A stretch of DNA of 50,196 nt. It comes from an uncultured bacterium (GTDB lineage Bacteria; Actinomycetota; Actinomycetes; Mycobacteriales; SCTD01). A program made the position numbers and the translations under genes. The notes under the pieces are model-generated. The model was not told the origin of the DNA. It searched no databases and saw only the letters and a list, made by a program, of their open reading frames with translations. The stretch is taken from NCBI GenBank assembly GCA_964243385.1, contig CAXTFU010000001.1, forward strand, positions 6,312-56,507, in the 5' to 3' direction. Positions 28,879 to 42,901 of the stretch are shown piece by piece. The first letter of the stretch is position 1, and every line of letters starts with the position of its first letter.

Positions 28879-30684
28879 ATGCCGCAGCTTCGCGTCGGAC
28901 TGGCGCAGATCGACCCGACAGTCGGCGACCTGACCGGCAACGCCGACCTCGTCAGCCGCTGGACGGCCGAGGCGGTCGCCGCCGGCTGCCACCTCGTCGC
29001 GTTCCCCGAGATGGTCCTGACCGGCTACCCGGCCGAGGACCTCGTGCTGCGCCGCTCGTTCGTCCAGGCGAGCCTCGACGCGCTCGAGCAGCTGGCCCAG
29101 CGCCTGGCGGACGAGGGCGCCGGCGACGTCGCCGTCGTCGTCGGCTACTGCGGCCGCAGCGAGACGCCCTCCCCCGCCCTCGGCCGCCCGGCGGGCGAGC
29201 CGCAGAACAGCGCCGCGGTCCTGCACGGCGGACGGGTGGTGTCGCGGTACGCCAAGCACCACCTGCCGAACTACGGCGTCTTCGACGAGTTCCGCTACTT
29301 CGTGCGCGGCGACCGGCTGCCCGTGGTCCGCCTGCACGGCGTCGACGTCACGACCGTCGTCTGCGAGGACCTGTGGCAGGAGGGCGGCCCGGTCCGCGTC
29401 GCCCGATCCGCGGGGGCGGGGCTCGTCGTCTGCATCAACGGCTCGCCCTACGAGCGCGGCAAGGACGACCTGCGGGGCCCGCTGGCCGCCCGGCGGGCCG
29501 CCGAGGCGGGCGCGCCGCTCGTCTACGTGAACTGCGTCGGCGGCCAGGACGAGCTGGTGTTCGACGGCGACTCCCTCGTCGTCGACGCCGCCGGCGAGGT
29601 CGTCGCACGGGCGCCGGTCTGGGAGCAGGGCCTCATGGTCGTCGACCTCGACCTCGCGGCGGCCACCGGCGACGACACCGGTCCGGTCGACGCGGGCGAC
29701 GGCACGACGATGAGCGTCGAGCGGGTCGTGCTGTCGGACGAGCCGCTGGCGCCGTACGAGCCGGTCGTCCCGGGCCTGGCCGTGCGCCTCGACGACGAGG
29801 CCGAGGTCTGGGGCGCGCTCGTCACCGCCGTGCGCGACTACGTCGAGAAGAACCGCTTCCGCTCGGTGGTGCTCGGGCTGTCCGGCGGCATCGACTCGGC
29901 GCTCGTCGCGACGATCGCCTGCGACGCCCTCGGCCCCGACCGCGTGCACGTCGTCGGGATGCCGAGCGAGTGGTCGTCGGACCACTCGGTGACCGACGCC
30001 GAGGACCTGGCGAAGCGCCAGGGGCTGTCCTGGTCGGTGGTGGCGATTGCCCCGATGGTCGACGCCTGGCGGGCGTCGGTGGAGCTGACCGGCCTGTCGG
30101 TCGAGAACCTGCAGGCGCGCGTGCGCGGGACGACCCTCATGGCGCTGTCGAACGAGCACGGCCACCTCGTGCTGACGACCGGCAACAAGAGCGAGGCCGC
30201 CACCGGCTTCTCGACGCTCTACGGCGACAGCGCCGGCGGCTTCGCGCCGATCAAGGACGTGCCGAAGACGCTCGTCTGGGCGCTCGCCCGCTGGCGCAAC
30301 CGCGTCGCGGCCGAGCGGGGCGAGACGCCGCCGATCCCCGAGAACAGCATCGAGAAGCCGCCGTCGGCCGAGCTCGCGCCGGGCCAGCTCGACAGCGACC
30401 GGCTGCCGCCCTACGACGTGCTCGACCCGCTGCTCGACGCCTACGTCGAGCGCGACCGCGGCCGGGCCGAGCTGCTGCAGGACGGCTTCGACGAGCAGGT
30501 CGTCGACCGGGTCATCGCGCTCGTCGACGCCGCCGAGCACAAGCGCCGGCAGTCGCCGCCCGGGCCCAAGGTCACCGGCCGCGCGTTCGGCCGCGACCGG
30601 CGCCTGCCCATCACGTCGCGCTGGCGCGAGACGGCTGCACCCACCGCCGGCGAGCCCGAGCAGGCCCGACCGGACCTGGCCTGA
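28879..30684 (+). CDS. nadE: Glutamine-dependent NAD+ synthetase (mirror copy)
   Basis: Exact reverse-complement twin of 19513-21318 (-). Confidence 0.93.
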   Translation: MPQLRVGLAQIDPTVGDLTGNADLVSRWTAEAVAAGCHLVAFPEMVLTGYPAEDLVLRRSFVQASLDALEQLAQRLADEGAGDVAVVVGYCGRSETPSPALGRPAGEPQNSAAVLHGGRVVSRYAKHHLPNYGVFDEFRYFVRGDRLPVVRLHGVDVTTVVCEDLWQEGGPVRVARSAGAGLVVCINGSPYERGKDDLRGPLAARRAAEAGAPLVYVNCVGGQDELVFDGDSLVVDAAGEVVARAPVWEQGLMVVDLDLAAATGDDTGPVDAGDGTTMSVERVVLSDEPLAPYEPVVPGLAVRLDDEAEVWGALVTAVRDYVEKNRFRSVVLGLSGGIDSALVATIACDALGPDRVHVVGMPSEWSSDHSVTDAEDLAKRQGLSWSVVAIAPMVDAWRASVELTGLSVENLQARVRGTTLMALSNEHGHLVLTTGNKSEAATGFSTLYGDSAGGFAPIKDVPKTLVWALARWRNRVAAERGETPPIPENSIEKPPSAELAPGQLDSDRLPPYDVLDPLLDAYVERDRGRAELLQDGFDEQVVDRVIALVDAAEHKRRQSPPGPKVTGRAFGRDRRLPITSRWRETAAPTAGEPEQARPDLA

Positions 30685-30827
30685 CGCAGCCGCACCGCAC
30701 CCGCTCGTGCGGGACCGTGTCTCGCCCGCTCCTGCACTCGTGGCACGCGCGCGGAGCGTCAGGCGCCCTCGGGCGAGCGCTGCGTGAAGCATCGGCGGGC
30801 GGCCTGCCGATCATGCACTCGTCGCAA

Positions 30828-30877
30828 GCCCGCTGAGGCGTCCCCCGCCCGCTGAGGCGTCCGCCGCCCGCTGAGGC
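30828..30877. repeat. 19-bp tandem repeat (mirror copy)
   Basis: Twin of 19320-19369. Confidence 0.85.
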
Positions 30878-31004
30878 TTCCGTGCAGCGGCCCCGCCCGG
30901 CCGCGCTGCACACATCGTGATCGTCGCCCTGCCGAAGCACCGCACGAGCCCGCCGGTCCCCGGTCGGGTCGCGATCAGGACGTGTGCACCAGGGTTGCAG
31001 ATCG

Positions 31005-31309
31005 CGGTGCTCCGCGACGGACACGTCGCCGTCGGGTGCTGCGGCGGGCTGTGCGGGCTGGGCGGTGCCCCGCGACGGACACGTCGCCGTCGGGTGCTCC
31101 GGCGGGCTGGGCGGGCTGGGCGGTGCTCCGCGACGGACACGTCGCCGTCGGGTGCTGCGGCGGGCTGGGCGGGCTGGGCGGTGCTCCGCGACGGACACGT
31201 CGCCGTCGGGTGCTGCGGCGGGCTGGGCGGGCTGGGCGGTGCCCCGCGCCGGACACATCGCCGTCGGTGCTGCGGCGGGCTGCGGCGGGCTGGGCGGGCT
31301 GGGCGGGTC
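31005..31309. repeat. 58-bp minisatellite (mirror copy)
   Basis: Twin of 18888-19192. Confidence 0.9.
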
Positions 31310-31370
31310 GCCCCGACGCGCCCAGCCGCCCGGCCGTCCCGGCGCGGGCGTGATCAGGACGTGTGCGCCA

Positions 31371-31436
31371 CGCCTCCGACCGCCCCGCCCCTGACCCTGC
31401 CCCCTGCCCGCGCCCCCCGCCCCCTGTCCCGTGCCC
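31371..31436 (-). other. G-run tract with G-quadruplex potential (mirror copy; G-rich strand is minus here)
   Basis: Twin of 18761-18826. Confidence 0.6.
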
Positions 31437-31843
31437 TAGCCCTGCTTCTGGTGCCGGACGAGGGAGGGCTCGACGACGTAGGTGATGCGCTGCTCGTCGG
31501 CGACGCGGAACGGGTAGCTGTCGGCGTCGAGGTAGCGCTTGGCGAGCCGGTCGATGTGGTCGTCGGCGCCCTCGGTGGTCCCCTGCGCGGTGCCGCGCAC
31601 CTCGACGTAGTCGTAGGGGTTGGTCTCGTCGTAGACGAGGACCGTGATGGCCGGGTCCCGCTCGAGGTTGGTCGGCCACTTGCGGCCGACCGCGCTGTTC
31701 ACGGCGATGCGGCCGTCCTCGACCGAGGCCCACACCACGGTGGCGTGGATGGAGCCGTCCTCGTTGACGGTCGAGACCACGGCGTGGTTGGGACGGGGCC
31801 CCTCGAGCAGCGCCTGCACGCCGGGGTCGGAAAGGCTGGCCAT
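31436..31843 (-). CDS. PPOX-class probable F420-dependent enzyme (mirror copy)
   Basis: Exact twin of 18354-18761 (+). Confidence 0.78.
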   Translation of the reverse strand: MASLSDPGVQALLEGPRPNHAVVSTVNEDGSIHATVVWASVEDGRIAVNSAVGRKWPTNLERDPAITVLVYDETNPYDYVEVRGTAQGTTEGADDHIDRLAKRYLDADSYPFRVADEQRITYVVEPSLVRHQKQG

Positions 31844-31882
31844 CGGTCCTCCTGGAGTCGGGTGGTACCCGGAACCTAGGGC

Positions 31883-35404
<3,522 letters not shown>

Positions 35405-38269
35405 TCAGCCGGTGTGCTCGGCGACGAGGAGCGCGACGTCGTCGCCGAGCTCGCCGCCGACCCGCGCGTGCAGCGCCGCGAGCAGCCCGTCGAGCGCCTC
35501 GTCCAGGCTGCCCTCGCCGAGGTGCGCGGCCAGCGGCAGCAGCTCGACGAACGCACCGCTGCGGTCGCGGGCGTCCAGCACGCCGTCGGTGTGGAGCAGC
35601 AGGCGGTCGCCGACGTCCAGCCGGCCGCGGAGCACCACCGGGTCGGCGCCGAGCCCGAGCGGCAGCGACGGCTGCACCGGCAGCTCGCCGACCCTGCCCT
35701 GCGAGGCGAGCAGCGGCGCGGGGTGCCCGCACGAGGCGATGGAGAAGGTGCCGTCGTCCGCGACCTCGGCGAGCACGGCCGTGACGAAGTCCTCCTCGCC
35801 GAGGTAGCTGCGCAGCCGCCGGTCCAGCAGGCGGGCGACGTCGGCCAGGTCGTCGACGTCGGTGGTGGCGCGGAACTCCCCGAGCACCACGGTCGTCGTC
35901 CGGACGGCGGCCAGCCCCTTGCCGCGGACGTCGCCCACCACCATGCGCACCGAGCCGGAGCGCACCACGGTCTCGTGCAGGTCACCGCCGACGAGCGCCT
36001 CGGCGGACGCGCTCACGTACCGCGCGGCGAGCGCGACCGAGCGCGCCCGCGCGGGCGGCGGCGCGAGGATGGCCTTCTGCGCCGCGTCGGCGACGCGGGC
36101 GACCTCGGCGAGCCGGCCGGACTGCTGCCGGACGACCTGCGCGGCCTCCAGCGCGAGCGCCGCGCGGCGGGCGACGTCCTCGACGAAGCCGACGTCGGAC
36201 GGGCCGTAGCGGCGGCCCGAGGCGTCGCAGACGAGCTGGAGCACGCCGATGCGGCCGTCCCGCCCCGGCAGCGCGACCGACAGCGCGCTCGCGAAGCCGA
36301 GCTCGCGCAGCAGCGCGAGGTGCTCGTCGCTGTGCGCGCCGAGCACGAGCAGCTCGTCGGGCACCGTCGCGAGCAGCTGGCTCTCACCGGTGCGCAGCAC
36401 GTCGCCGACCCCGCCCGGCGCGTCCGTGCGCACCGGCCAGCGCTCGACGAGGCGCTCGGCCACCGCCTGCCGGGCCGGGTCGAGGTGCCGCAGCCCCGCC
36501 GGCACGAGCCGGCCGTCCTCCAGCAGGTGCACCACGCACCAGTCCGCGAGCCGCGGGACGAACAGCGTCGTGATCGCCTGCACGGTCTGGGCGAGGTCCA
36601 GGCTCGCCGACAGGGCCACCGACGCGTCGGCGAGGAACGCGAGCCGCCGAGCCGAGGCCGCCGCCGCCTCGCGCGCCTGCGCCCGCTCGAGGGCCTGCGC
36701 GAGCGCGTCGGCGAGGGCCTGGACGAAGCGGGCGAGCGTGGCCTCGTCGCGCTCGCCGCCCGCCGCGAACGACAGGCTCAGCACGCCCAGGCGGTGCTCG
36801 CCGACCACGAGCGGGACGACGTGCAGCGACCGCGGGCTGGCGAAGGCGTCGGCCACCTCCGGGTAGGCGGCCGCGAGCTGGGCGAGGTTCGGCAGCAGCA
36901 GCGGCTGCCCGCTGACGAACACGTGCGTCCACGGCAGGTCGGCGTCGGGGGCCAGCGTCGCGAAGCGCTCGACCCACTCGGGGCTGCCGCCGCGGGCGGC
37001 GACCGTGTGCAGCGTGCCGTCGTCCGCCGCCACGAGCACCCGGACGGCGACCGCGCCGAGGGCCTCGTCGGCCGTGCGGGCGACGACCTCGGCGATCTCG
37101 GTCGGGGTGCCCGCGGAGGTGAGCTCGCGGTTCACCCGCTGCAGCAGCACCAGCCGGTCGGCGTCCTCCTGCAGCCCGGCCAGCTCGACGACCTGCTCGC
37201 CGAGCACCTCGACGAGCGTGCGCGGGACCGGCGCCGTCCGCCCGTGCTCGGCGGCCCGCAGCTGCTCGACGATCGCCGAGACGTACCAGGTGCGGAACAC
37301 CCGGTGCAGCAGCGGCGACTCGAGGGTCAGCAGGCGGGCCGCCCGGGACAGGCGGTCGGCCTCGTCCAGCGCGACGAGGTAGCGCTCCCCCGCCTCGGCG
37401 GCGCTGGCCGGCAGGCGCAGCACCAGCTCGGTGACGCTCTCCCCGCGGGCGGCGGCCGCGACGGCCTGCCGCTTGATGGCGCTCCGGGCGAGCGCGAAGT
37501 CCTTGGTCACGGTCTCGACCAGCGCCGACCAGCCGCTCGGGACGAGCTCGTCGGACCCGGCGCCCTGCTCCAGGGTGAGCTCGCGGACGACGTTGTCGAT
37601 GTGCCGCTTGGCCGCCAGCAGCAGGTCGGTCGGGACCTGGCCGAGCCGCACGGTGTGCTCCTGCTCGACCGGCTCGTCGTCCGGCCAGGCGTCGAGCAGC
37701 GCGTCGAGGTCGGCCTCGGTGGCGTCCGCCCCGGCCGCCTGCTCGTCCGTGACCTCCTCCTGCGAGGCAGGGGCGGGGGCCATGGCGGCCCAGACCACCT
37801 TCCCGCCGGCGGCGGCCGGCGTGATGCCCCAGGTGTCGGCGAGCGCGCGGACCAGCGACAGCCCGCGGCCGGTCATCGCCTCGGGACTGCTGGTCGGGAG
37901 CACGAGCCGCTGCCGTCCGCGGTCCTCGACCTCGAGCCGGACCCGCTCGCCCTCGGCGCCGACCCGCACCGAGATGGGGGCCGCGCCGTGCAGCTGCGCG
38001 TTGGTGACCAGCTCGGTCACGACGAGCCGCGCCGCGTCGAGCACCTCGGGATCGGCGTGCGGGAGCGCGGCAGCGACGGCGCGGCGGGCGCGCGCGGCGG
38101 CGTCCGGCTCCGAGCTGAGGACGAGCTCGGCGACGGTCAGCACGGGGCCGTGCCTGTCCGGGACGCTGCGCCGAGCACGCCCGCCTCCTCGCTGCCGCAG
38201 CGGTCGCTCCGGTCGCCCGCCCGCAGGGTACGCCACACAACGTGACGAGCCGGGCACGCAGAGCCCCAC
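35405..38269 (-). CDS. HATPase_c-GAF-PP2C (SpoIIE family) phosphatase (mirror copy)
   Basis: Exact twin of 11928-14792 (+). Confidence 0.8.
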   Translation of the reverse strand: MGLCVPGSSRCVAYPAGGRPERPLRQRGGGRARRSVPDRHGPVLTVAELVLSSEPDAAARARRAVAAALPHADPEVLDAARLVVTELVTNAQLHGAAPISVRVGAEGERVRLEVEDRGRQRLVLPTSSPEAMTGRGLSLVRALADTWGITPAAAGGKVVWAAMAPAPASQEEVTDEQAAGADATEADLDALLDAWPDDEPVEQEHTVRLGQVPTDLLLAAKRHIDNVVRELTLEQGAGSDELVPSGWSALVETVTKDFALARSAIKRQAVAAAARGESVTELVLRLPASAAEAGERYLVALDEADRLSRAARLLTLESPLLHRVFRTWYVSAIVEQLRAAEHGRTAPVPRTLVEVLGEQVVELAGLQEDADRLVLLQRVNRELTSAGTPTEIAEVVARTADEALGAVAVRVLVAADDGTLHTVAARGGSPEWVERFATLAPDADLPWTHVFVSGQPLLLPNLAQLAAAYPEVADAFASPRSLHVVPLVVGEHRLGVLSLSFAAGGERDEATLARFVQALADALAQALERAQAREAAAASARRLAFLADASVALSASLDLAQTVQAITTLFVPRLADWCVVHLLEDGRLVPAGLRHLDPARQAVAERLVERWPVRTDAPGGVGDVLRTGESQLLATVPDELLVLGAHSDEHLALLRELGFASALSVALPGRDGRIGVLQLVCDASGRRYGPSDVGFVEDVARRAALALEAAQVVRQQSGRLAEVARVADAAQKAILAPPPARARSVALAARYVSASAEALVGGDLHETVVRSGSVRMVVGDVRGKGLAAVRTTTVVLGEFRATTDVDDLADVARLLDRRLRSYLGEEDFVTAVLAEVADDGTFSIASCGHPAPLLASQGRVGELPVQPSLPLGLGADPVVLRGRLDVGDRLLLHTDGVLDARDRSGAFVELLPLAAHLGEGSLDEALDGLLAALHARVGGELGDDVALLVAEHTG

Positions 38270-38285
38270 AGGGTGACCGCTCCAA

Positions 38286-38978
38286 TCAGGGCGCCACCTC
38301 CACGTCCGTCACCCGCAGCCCGGCGTGCGCCCGGTAGCGGCGGTTCACCGAGATGAGGTTCGCCGTCAGCGCCTCGACCTGGTGGGCGTTGCGCAGCCGC
38401 CCGCCGTAGACGCCGCGCATGCCGGGGATGCGGCCGGCGAGCGCGGCGACCAGGTCGGTCGCCTCCCGGTCGTCGCCGAGCACCAGCACGTCGGTGTCGA
38501 CCTGCTCCACGGCCTCGTCGAGCAGCAGGACCGCGCTCACGTGGTGGAAGGCGGCGACGACCCGGCTGCCGGGCAGGACGGCCTGCGCCTGCTGGGCGGC
38601 GCTCCCCTCCTCGACGGCCAGGGCGAAGGCCCCCTGCCGGTCGAAGCCGAGCGGGTTGACGCAGTCGACGACGACCTTGCCGACGAGGTCGTCGGCGAGC
38701 CCGGCGAGCAGCTCGCGGTGGCCGTCCCAGGGGACGGCGACGACCACGACGTCGCCGGCACGGGCGGCCGAGGCGTTGTCGGTGCCGCTCACCTCGCCCG
38801 GCAGGACCTCGGCCGCCGCCTGCGCCCGCGCGGCGTCGCGCGAGCCGAGCACGACCCTCGACCCGGCCAGGGCGAGCCGCCGGGCGAGCCCGCGGCCCTG
38901 CTCCCCCGTCCCGCCGAGCACCGCCACCACGAGCCCGGACACGTCGGGAGCGGTCGGCGTCGCAGCGGCGGAGGTCAT
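38286..38978 (-). CDS. npdG: NADPH-dependent F420 reductase (mirror copy)
   Basis: Exact twin of 11219-11911 (+). Confidence 0.85.
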   Translation of the reverse strand: MTSAAATPTAPDVSGLVVAVLGGTGEQGRGLARRLALAGSRVVLGSRDAARAQAAAEVLPGEVSGTDNASAARAGDVVVVAVPWDGHRELLAGLADDLVGKVVVDCVNPLGFDRQGAFALAVEEGSAAQQAQAVLPGSRVVAAFHHVSAVLLLDEAVEQVDTDVLVLGDDREATDLVAALAGRIPGMRGVYGGRLRNAHQVEALTANLISVNRRYRAHAGLRVTDVEVAP

Positions 38979-39004
38979 GCCACCATCCTGGCAGGACGGC
39001 CCAC

Positions 39005-39063
39005 GGCTGACCGGTCGGGGGCGGGCCGGTCGGGGGCGGGCCGGTCGGGAGCGGCCGGTCGGG
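39005..39063. repeat. 14-15-bp tandem repeat (mirror copy)
   Basis: Twin of 11134-11192. Confidence 0.85.
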
Positions 39064-39105
39064 CCGGCGAGGGCGCGGCGGTCGAGCGGGCTCAGCCGGG
39101 TCAGC

Positions 39106-40533
39106 TCAGGCGGGGCGGAACTGCACCGTCCGGGCTGCCGGGTCGGCGTGCACCAGCTCGACCACCAGCCGCTCGCCGAGGGGCAGGCCGGCGCCCGCGC
39201 ACCGTCCCCGCACGGCCGGCTCGCGCAGCTGCACGACGCCGCCCTTCTCGCCGGCCTCGACGACCACCGCGTCGAAGCGCTCGCCGACCCGGGGCGCGAG
39301 CACGATCGCCTCGGCGGCGTCGACGACCGCCCGCTCGAGGGCGCTGGCCCGCCGGTTCGCCGCCGTCATGAGCTCGGGCAGCCGGGGCAGCGCCTCGCGC
39401 GCCCAGCCGGGGACCGCTGCGCCCGCCGAGACCGCGAGGCAGACCTCGCCCACGTGCCGGTCGGCCAGGCGCCGCAGCGGAGCGGTGCAGTGGGCGTACG
39501 ACGCGGCGACCCCGCTGTGCCGGCGCTGCTCGGGCGGCGCGCCGTCGTCGAAGGCCGCGTACCCGGCGCCGCGCAGCAGCCGGGTGGCGAGCACGAGCAG
39601 CGCCGCCGAGCCGGGGTCGGCCGGGTCGAGAGCGGACACGACCTCGCCGTAGGAGGCGCCGTCCGGCCAGGCCACGCCGAGGGCGTGCGCGCTGCGGCGC
39701 AGCGCCGCGACGTCCTCCGGAGCAGCCGGCGGCAGCGTGCGCAGCAGCCCGACGCCCGCGTCGAGCATGAGCCCGGCGGCGGCGATGCCGGTGAGCAGGC
39801 TGATCTGGGCGTTCCAGCCCTCGACCGGCAGCTGCGCGCGCAGCTCGAGGTGCGGCCGCCCGTCGCCGTCGAGCACGACCTCCTGCTCGGGCGTCGGGAG
39901 GTCGACGGCGCCGCGGTCGCGCGCGCGGGCCTGGCGCAGCTGCCCGACCTCCCGCAGCAGCTCGAGCACCGGACCGGCCGTCCCGGCGTCGAGCGAGGCC
40001 TGCACGCCGGCGTAGTCGAGCCGCGAGCGCGACCGGACGAGGGCCCGCCCGACCGAGGTGCCGACCAGCTCGCCGTCGGCGTCGAGGTCGAGCTCCCACA
40101 GCAGCGCCGGGCGGGGCTCGTCCGGCAGCAGGCTCGCCGCCCCCTCGCCGAGCACCGGCGGGTGCAGCGGGATGCGGGTGTCCGGCGCGTACAGCGTCAC
40201 GCCGCGCCGCTCGACCTCGGCGTCGAGCGCGCCCCCGGGCACGACGAACGCGGCGACGTCGGCGATCGCGTAGGACACCCGGTAGCCCGCGGCGGTGCGG
40301 GCCAGGTGCAGCGCCTGGTCGAGGTCACGGCTGCCGGGCGGGTCGATCGTCAGCAGCGGCAGGTCGGTGCCGTCGCGGCCGGGCAGCCGCGGAGCGCGGG
40401 CGGCCTGCTCGGCCTCGGCGAGGGCCGCGGCCGGGAACGGGCCGGGCGCGTCCAGCTCGGCGCGCAGCGCGTCGAGGTCGAGCCGCCCGTCGTGCAGCAC
40501 GACCTCGGGCAGGACGACGCGGGCTGACGGCAC
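39106..40533 (-). CDS. RNB-domain exoribonuclease (mirror copy)
   Basis: Exact twin of 9664-11091 (+). Confidence 0.8.
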   Translation of the reverse strand: MPSARVVLPEVVLHDGRLDLDALRAELDAPGPFPAAALAEAEQAARAPRLPGRDGTDLPLLTIDPPGSRDLDQALHLARTAAGYRVSYAIADVAAFVVPGGALDAEVERRGVTLYAPDTRIPLHPPVLGEGAASLLPDEPRPALLWELDLDADGELVGTSVGRALVRSRSRLDYAGVQASLDAGTAGPVLELLREVGQLRQARARDRGAVDLPTPEQEVVLDGDGRPHLELRAQLPVEGWNAQISLLTGIAAAGLMLDAGVGLLRTLPPAAPEDVAALRRSAHALGVAWPDGASYGEVVSALDPADPGSAALLVLATRLLRGAGYAAFDDGAPPEQRRHSGVAASYAHCTAPLRRLADRHVGEVCLAVSAGAAVPGWAREALPRLPELMTAANRRASALERAVVDAAEAIVLAPRVGERFDAVVVEAGEKGGVVQLREPAVRGRCAGAGLPLGERLVVELVHADPAARTVQFRPA

Positions 40534-40577
40534 CGCGCCACAGTACGAGCCGCCGGCCCGGCAGCCGACCCGCTCGA

Positions 40578-41291
40578 TCAGGCGCCGGGCGCCGCCGGCC
40601 GGCGCACGGTGGCCCAGACCGTCTTGCCGGGAGGACCCGGCCGCACGCCGTGGTCGAGCGTCAGCAGGTCGACCAGGGTCATCCCGCGCCCGCCCTCCTC
40701 CAGCTCGCCGGCGGTGCGCGCGACGGGAGCCCGCTCGCTGCCGTCGGCGACCGCGACGAGGACGGTCTCGTCGTCGGCGAGCACCTCGAGCCGCACCGGG
40801 GGCGCGCCGTGCCGCACGGCGTTCGTCACCATCTCGCTGACGACGAGCACCAGGTCGTCGCCGGCGTCGGCCAGCCCGAACCGCTCCGCGCACTCGGCGA
40901 CGACGCGCCGGGCCTGCGCCGGGCCGCGGACCGTGTGCTCGATGGTGACGACATGCTGCGCGGCGGGCCGGTCGTCGACGTGCTCGAGGGCCTGCGCGCG
41001 GGTGTCGTGGACGACCCGGTCCGGCAGCGCGCTGCGCACCGCGGGCGGCGCCCCGCACAGGCCGAACGACGATCGCGGCCACCCCGGCGCCCGGGCGGTC
41101 AGCCCGCGCAGCGTCTCGACGGCGTCCGGCGTGACGGTCGTGACGTCGCGCAGGTCGACCACGACGCCGCGCGGACGGCGGTCCACGGCCGCGTCGACGG
41201 CGGACTGCAGCACCTGCGCGTCCTCGTCGGCCACGGGTCCGGCCACGGCCAGCACGGCGATGCCGTTGCCCGCCTCCTGGCGCAGGAGCAC
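40578..41291 (-). CDS. STAS plus RsbW-like kinase fusion protein (mirror copy)
   Basis: Exact twin of 8906-9619 (+). Confidence 0.75.
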   Translation of the reverse strand: MLLRQEAGNGIAVLAVAGPVADEDAQVLQSAVDAAVDRRPRGVVVDLRDVTTVTPDAVETLRGLTARAPGWPRSSFGLCGAPPAVRSALPDRVVHDTRAQALEHVDDRPAAQHVVTIEHTVRGPAQARRVVAECAERFGLADAGDDLVLVVSEMVTNAVRHGAPPVRLEVLADDETVLVAVADGSERAPVARTAGELEEGGRGMTLVDLLTLDHGVRPGPPGKTVWATVRRPAAPGA

Positions 41292-41430
41292 AGCGGAGCA
41301 CCTCTTCGTCGGCGGTCGGCGGCGTGCGGGTCAGGGCCCGCAGGTGCGGACGCCCTCGTCCTGCCCGTTCCGACGTCGTGACTCACAGGAGGCGACCGAC
41401 GCCACACAGGAGTGGCGGGCGCGCAACCCG

Positions 41431-42381
41431 TCAGGACGCTAGCAGCCCCGGGACGACGGTGCTGTGGCCGGTGAGGATGAGCACGCCGAGGGTCAGCGAG
41501 GCGACGCCGGTGAGCGCGCCCAGGGCGAGCTGCACCCGCGGCGCCCTGCGGCTGCCGAGCACCCCGGACAGCCAGGCCGCGGCGATGCCGAGGTCGGCGA
41601 CGACCAGCCCGGCGACGAACGCCCCGAGCACGAGCGCCGCCGTCCCGGTCGAGCCGGACGCGCCCGCGGCGGCGAACAGCGCCACCTGCGTCGGGGTCTC
41701 GGCGCCCGTCCCGTGCAGCAGGCCGACGAGGAAGGCGCCGCGCCGGTCGACGTCGAGCACGTCGCCGGGCACCTCCCGCCGGCGGGCCCGCGCCCAGCCG
41801 CGGCGCAGCGCGCCGACGACGAGGCTGATCCGCCCGGTGTAGCGGTAGTCGGCCCGGTAGCGCCCGAGCTGGTAGAGCACGACGCCGCCGAGCGTCACGA
41901 GGGTGAGCCCCACGACGGCCTGGAAGGCGACGTCGAGCGACGACGGCAGCCGCAGGCCGAGCAGCAGGACGAGCGCGCCGAACACGGCGAGCACCAGCCC
42001 GTGCCCGGTGCAGTACCAGGCCGACAGGGCCAGCCCGCGTCGTCCCGGACGGGTGCGGTCCGCGGACCCGGGACCCGGCGGGCGCTCGTCGCCGGGCCGG
42101 GGCGCCGTGAGGTCGGTGATCGCCGCGACGTGGTCCCAGTCGAGCCCGTGCCGGGCACCGAGCGCGAAGCTGGTGCCGGCGAGCGCGAGCGGGACGGCCG
42201 CGACGGGGACGTCCCCGAGCGAGGTGGCGGTCCAGGCGGCGGCGCCGAGGGAGGCAGCGCCCGGGACGGCAGCGCCGAGGTGGGCGGCCCACTGGAGGAC
42301 AGCCCCCTGGAGGACAGCCTCCGGGAGGACTGCCCCCTCGAGGACAGCCCCCTCGAGCACAGCAGCGAGCACGTCGAGCAT
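41431..42381 (-). CDS. NiCoT/NicO-type cobalt transporter (mirror copy)
   Basis: Exact twin of 7816-8766 (+). Confidence 0.62.
   Translation of the reverse strand: MLDVLAAVLEGAVLEGAVLPEAVLQGAVLQWAAHLGAAVPGAASLGAAAWTATSLGDVPVAAVPLALAGTSFALGARHGLDWDHVAAITDLTAPRPGDERPPGPGSADRTRPGRRGLALSAWYCTGHGLVLAVFGALVLLLGLRLPSSLDVAFQAVVGLTLVTLGGVVLYQLGRYRADYRYTGRISLVVGALRRGWARARRREVPGDVLDVDRRGAFLVGLLHGTGAETPTQVALFAAAGASGSTGTAALVLGAFVAGLVVADLGIAAAWLSGVLGSRRAPRVQLALGALTGVASLTLGVLILTGHSTVVPGLLAS
42289..42363 (-). repeat. 5 x 15-bp in-frame tandem repeat (mirror copy)
   Basis: Twin of 7834-7908. Confidence 0.9.
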
Positions 42382-42431
42382 GGAGTCCGGCTCTCCCTCG
42401 TGGGCGGAGGTCAGCGTGCGAGTCGGCCCTG

Positions 42432-42552
42432 GACCCCGCCGGCGATCTGGCTCGCTCCCCTGCCGCGCGGGCGGGGAGACGTCAGTAGCGCACCTGCACC
42501 GGGCTCTCACCGGACTTCCCCGGCGGAGGGGGTCGCGCAGAACCTACCGCCC
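42432..42552 (-). promoter_or_regulatory. Cobalamin riboswitch (mirror copy)
   Basis: Twin of 7645-7765. Confidence 0.65.
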
Positions 42553-42610
42553 CGTCCCCGTCGGCTGGGCCCGTGTCCGTGCGCGGGCGCGCGTCCGGCA
42601 GCATGGCGGC

Positions 42611-42817
42611 GTGCGGGACATCGAGGTGCGGGACGACGGCATCCGGCTCGGCCAGCTGCTCAAGCTCGCCGGGCTGGTCGACGCGGGCTCCGACGTCCGC
42701 CCGCTGCTCGAGCAGGGCGTCGTGACCGTGGGCGGGCGCCTGGAGCAGCGGCGCGGCCGGCAGCTCAAGAAGGGCGACGTCGTCGCGGTCGGCGACGAGA
42801 AGGTCCGCCTGGTCTGA
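42611..42817 (+). CDS. S4-domain RNA-binding protein (mirror copy)
   Basis: Exact twin of 7380-7586 (-). Confidence 0.75.
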   Translation: MRDIEVRDDGIRLGQLLKLAGLVDAGSDVRPLLEQGVVTVGGRLEQRRGRQLKKGDVVAVGDEKVRLV

Positions 42818-42901
42818 CGCCCCTGACCGTGCCGGCCGGAGGTCGGCGGCCCCGTCCAGGACGCGGAGCGCCTGCCCGCCGGGCGCGCGGACGCCGTCCC
42901 G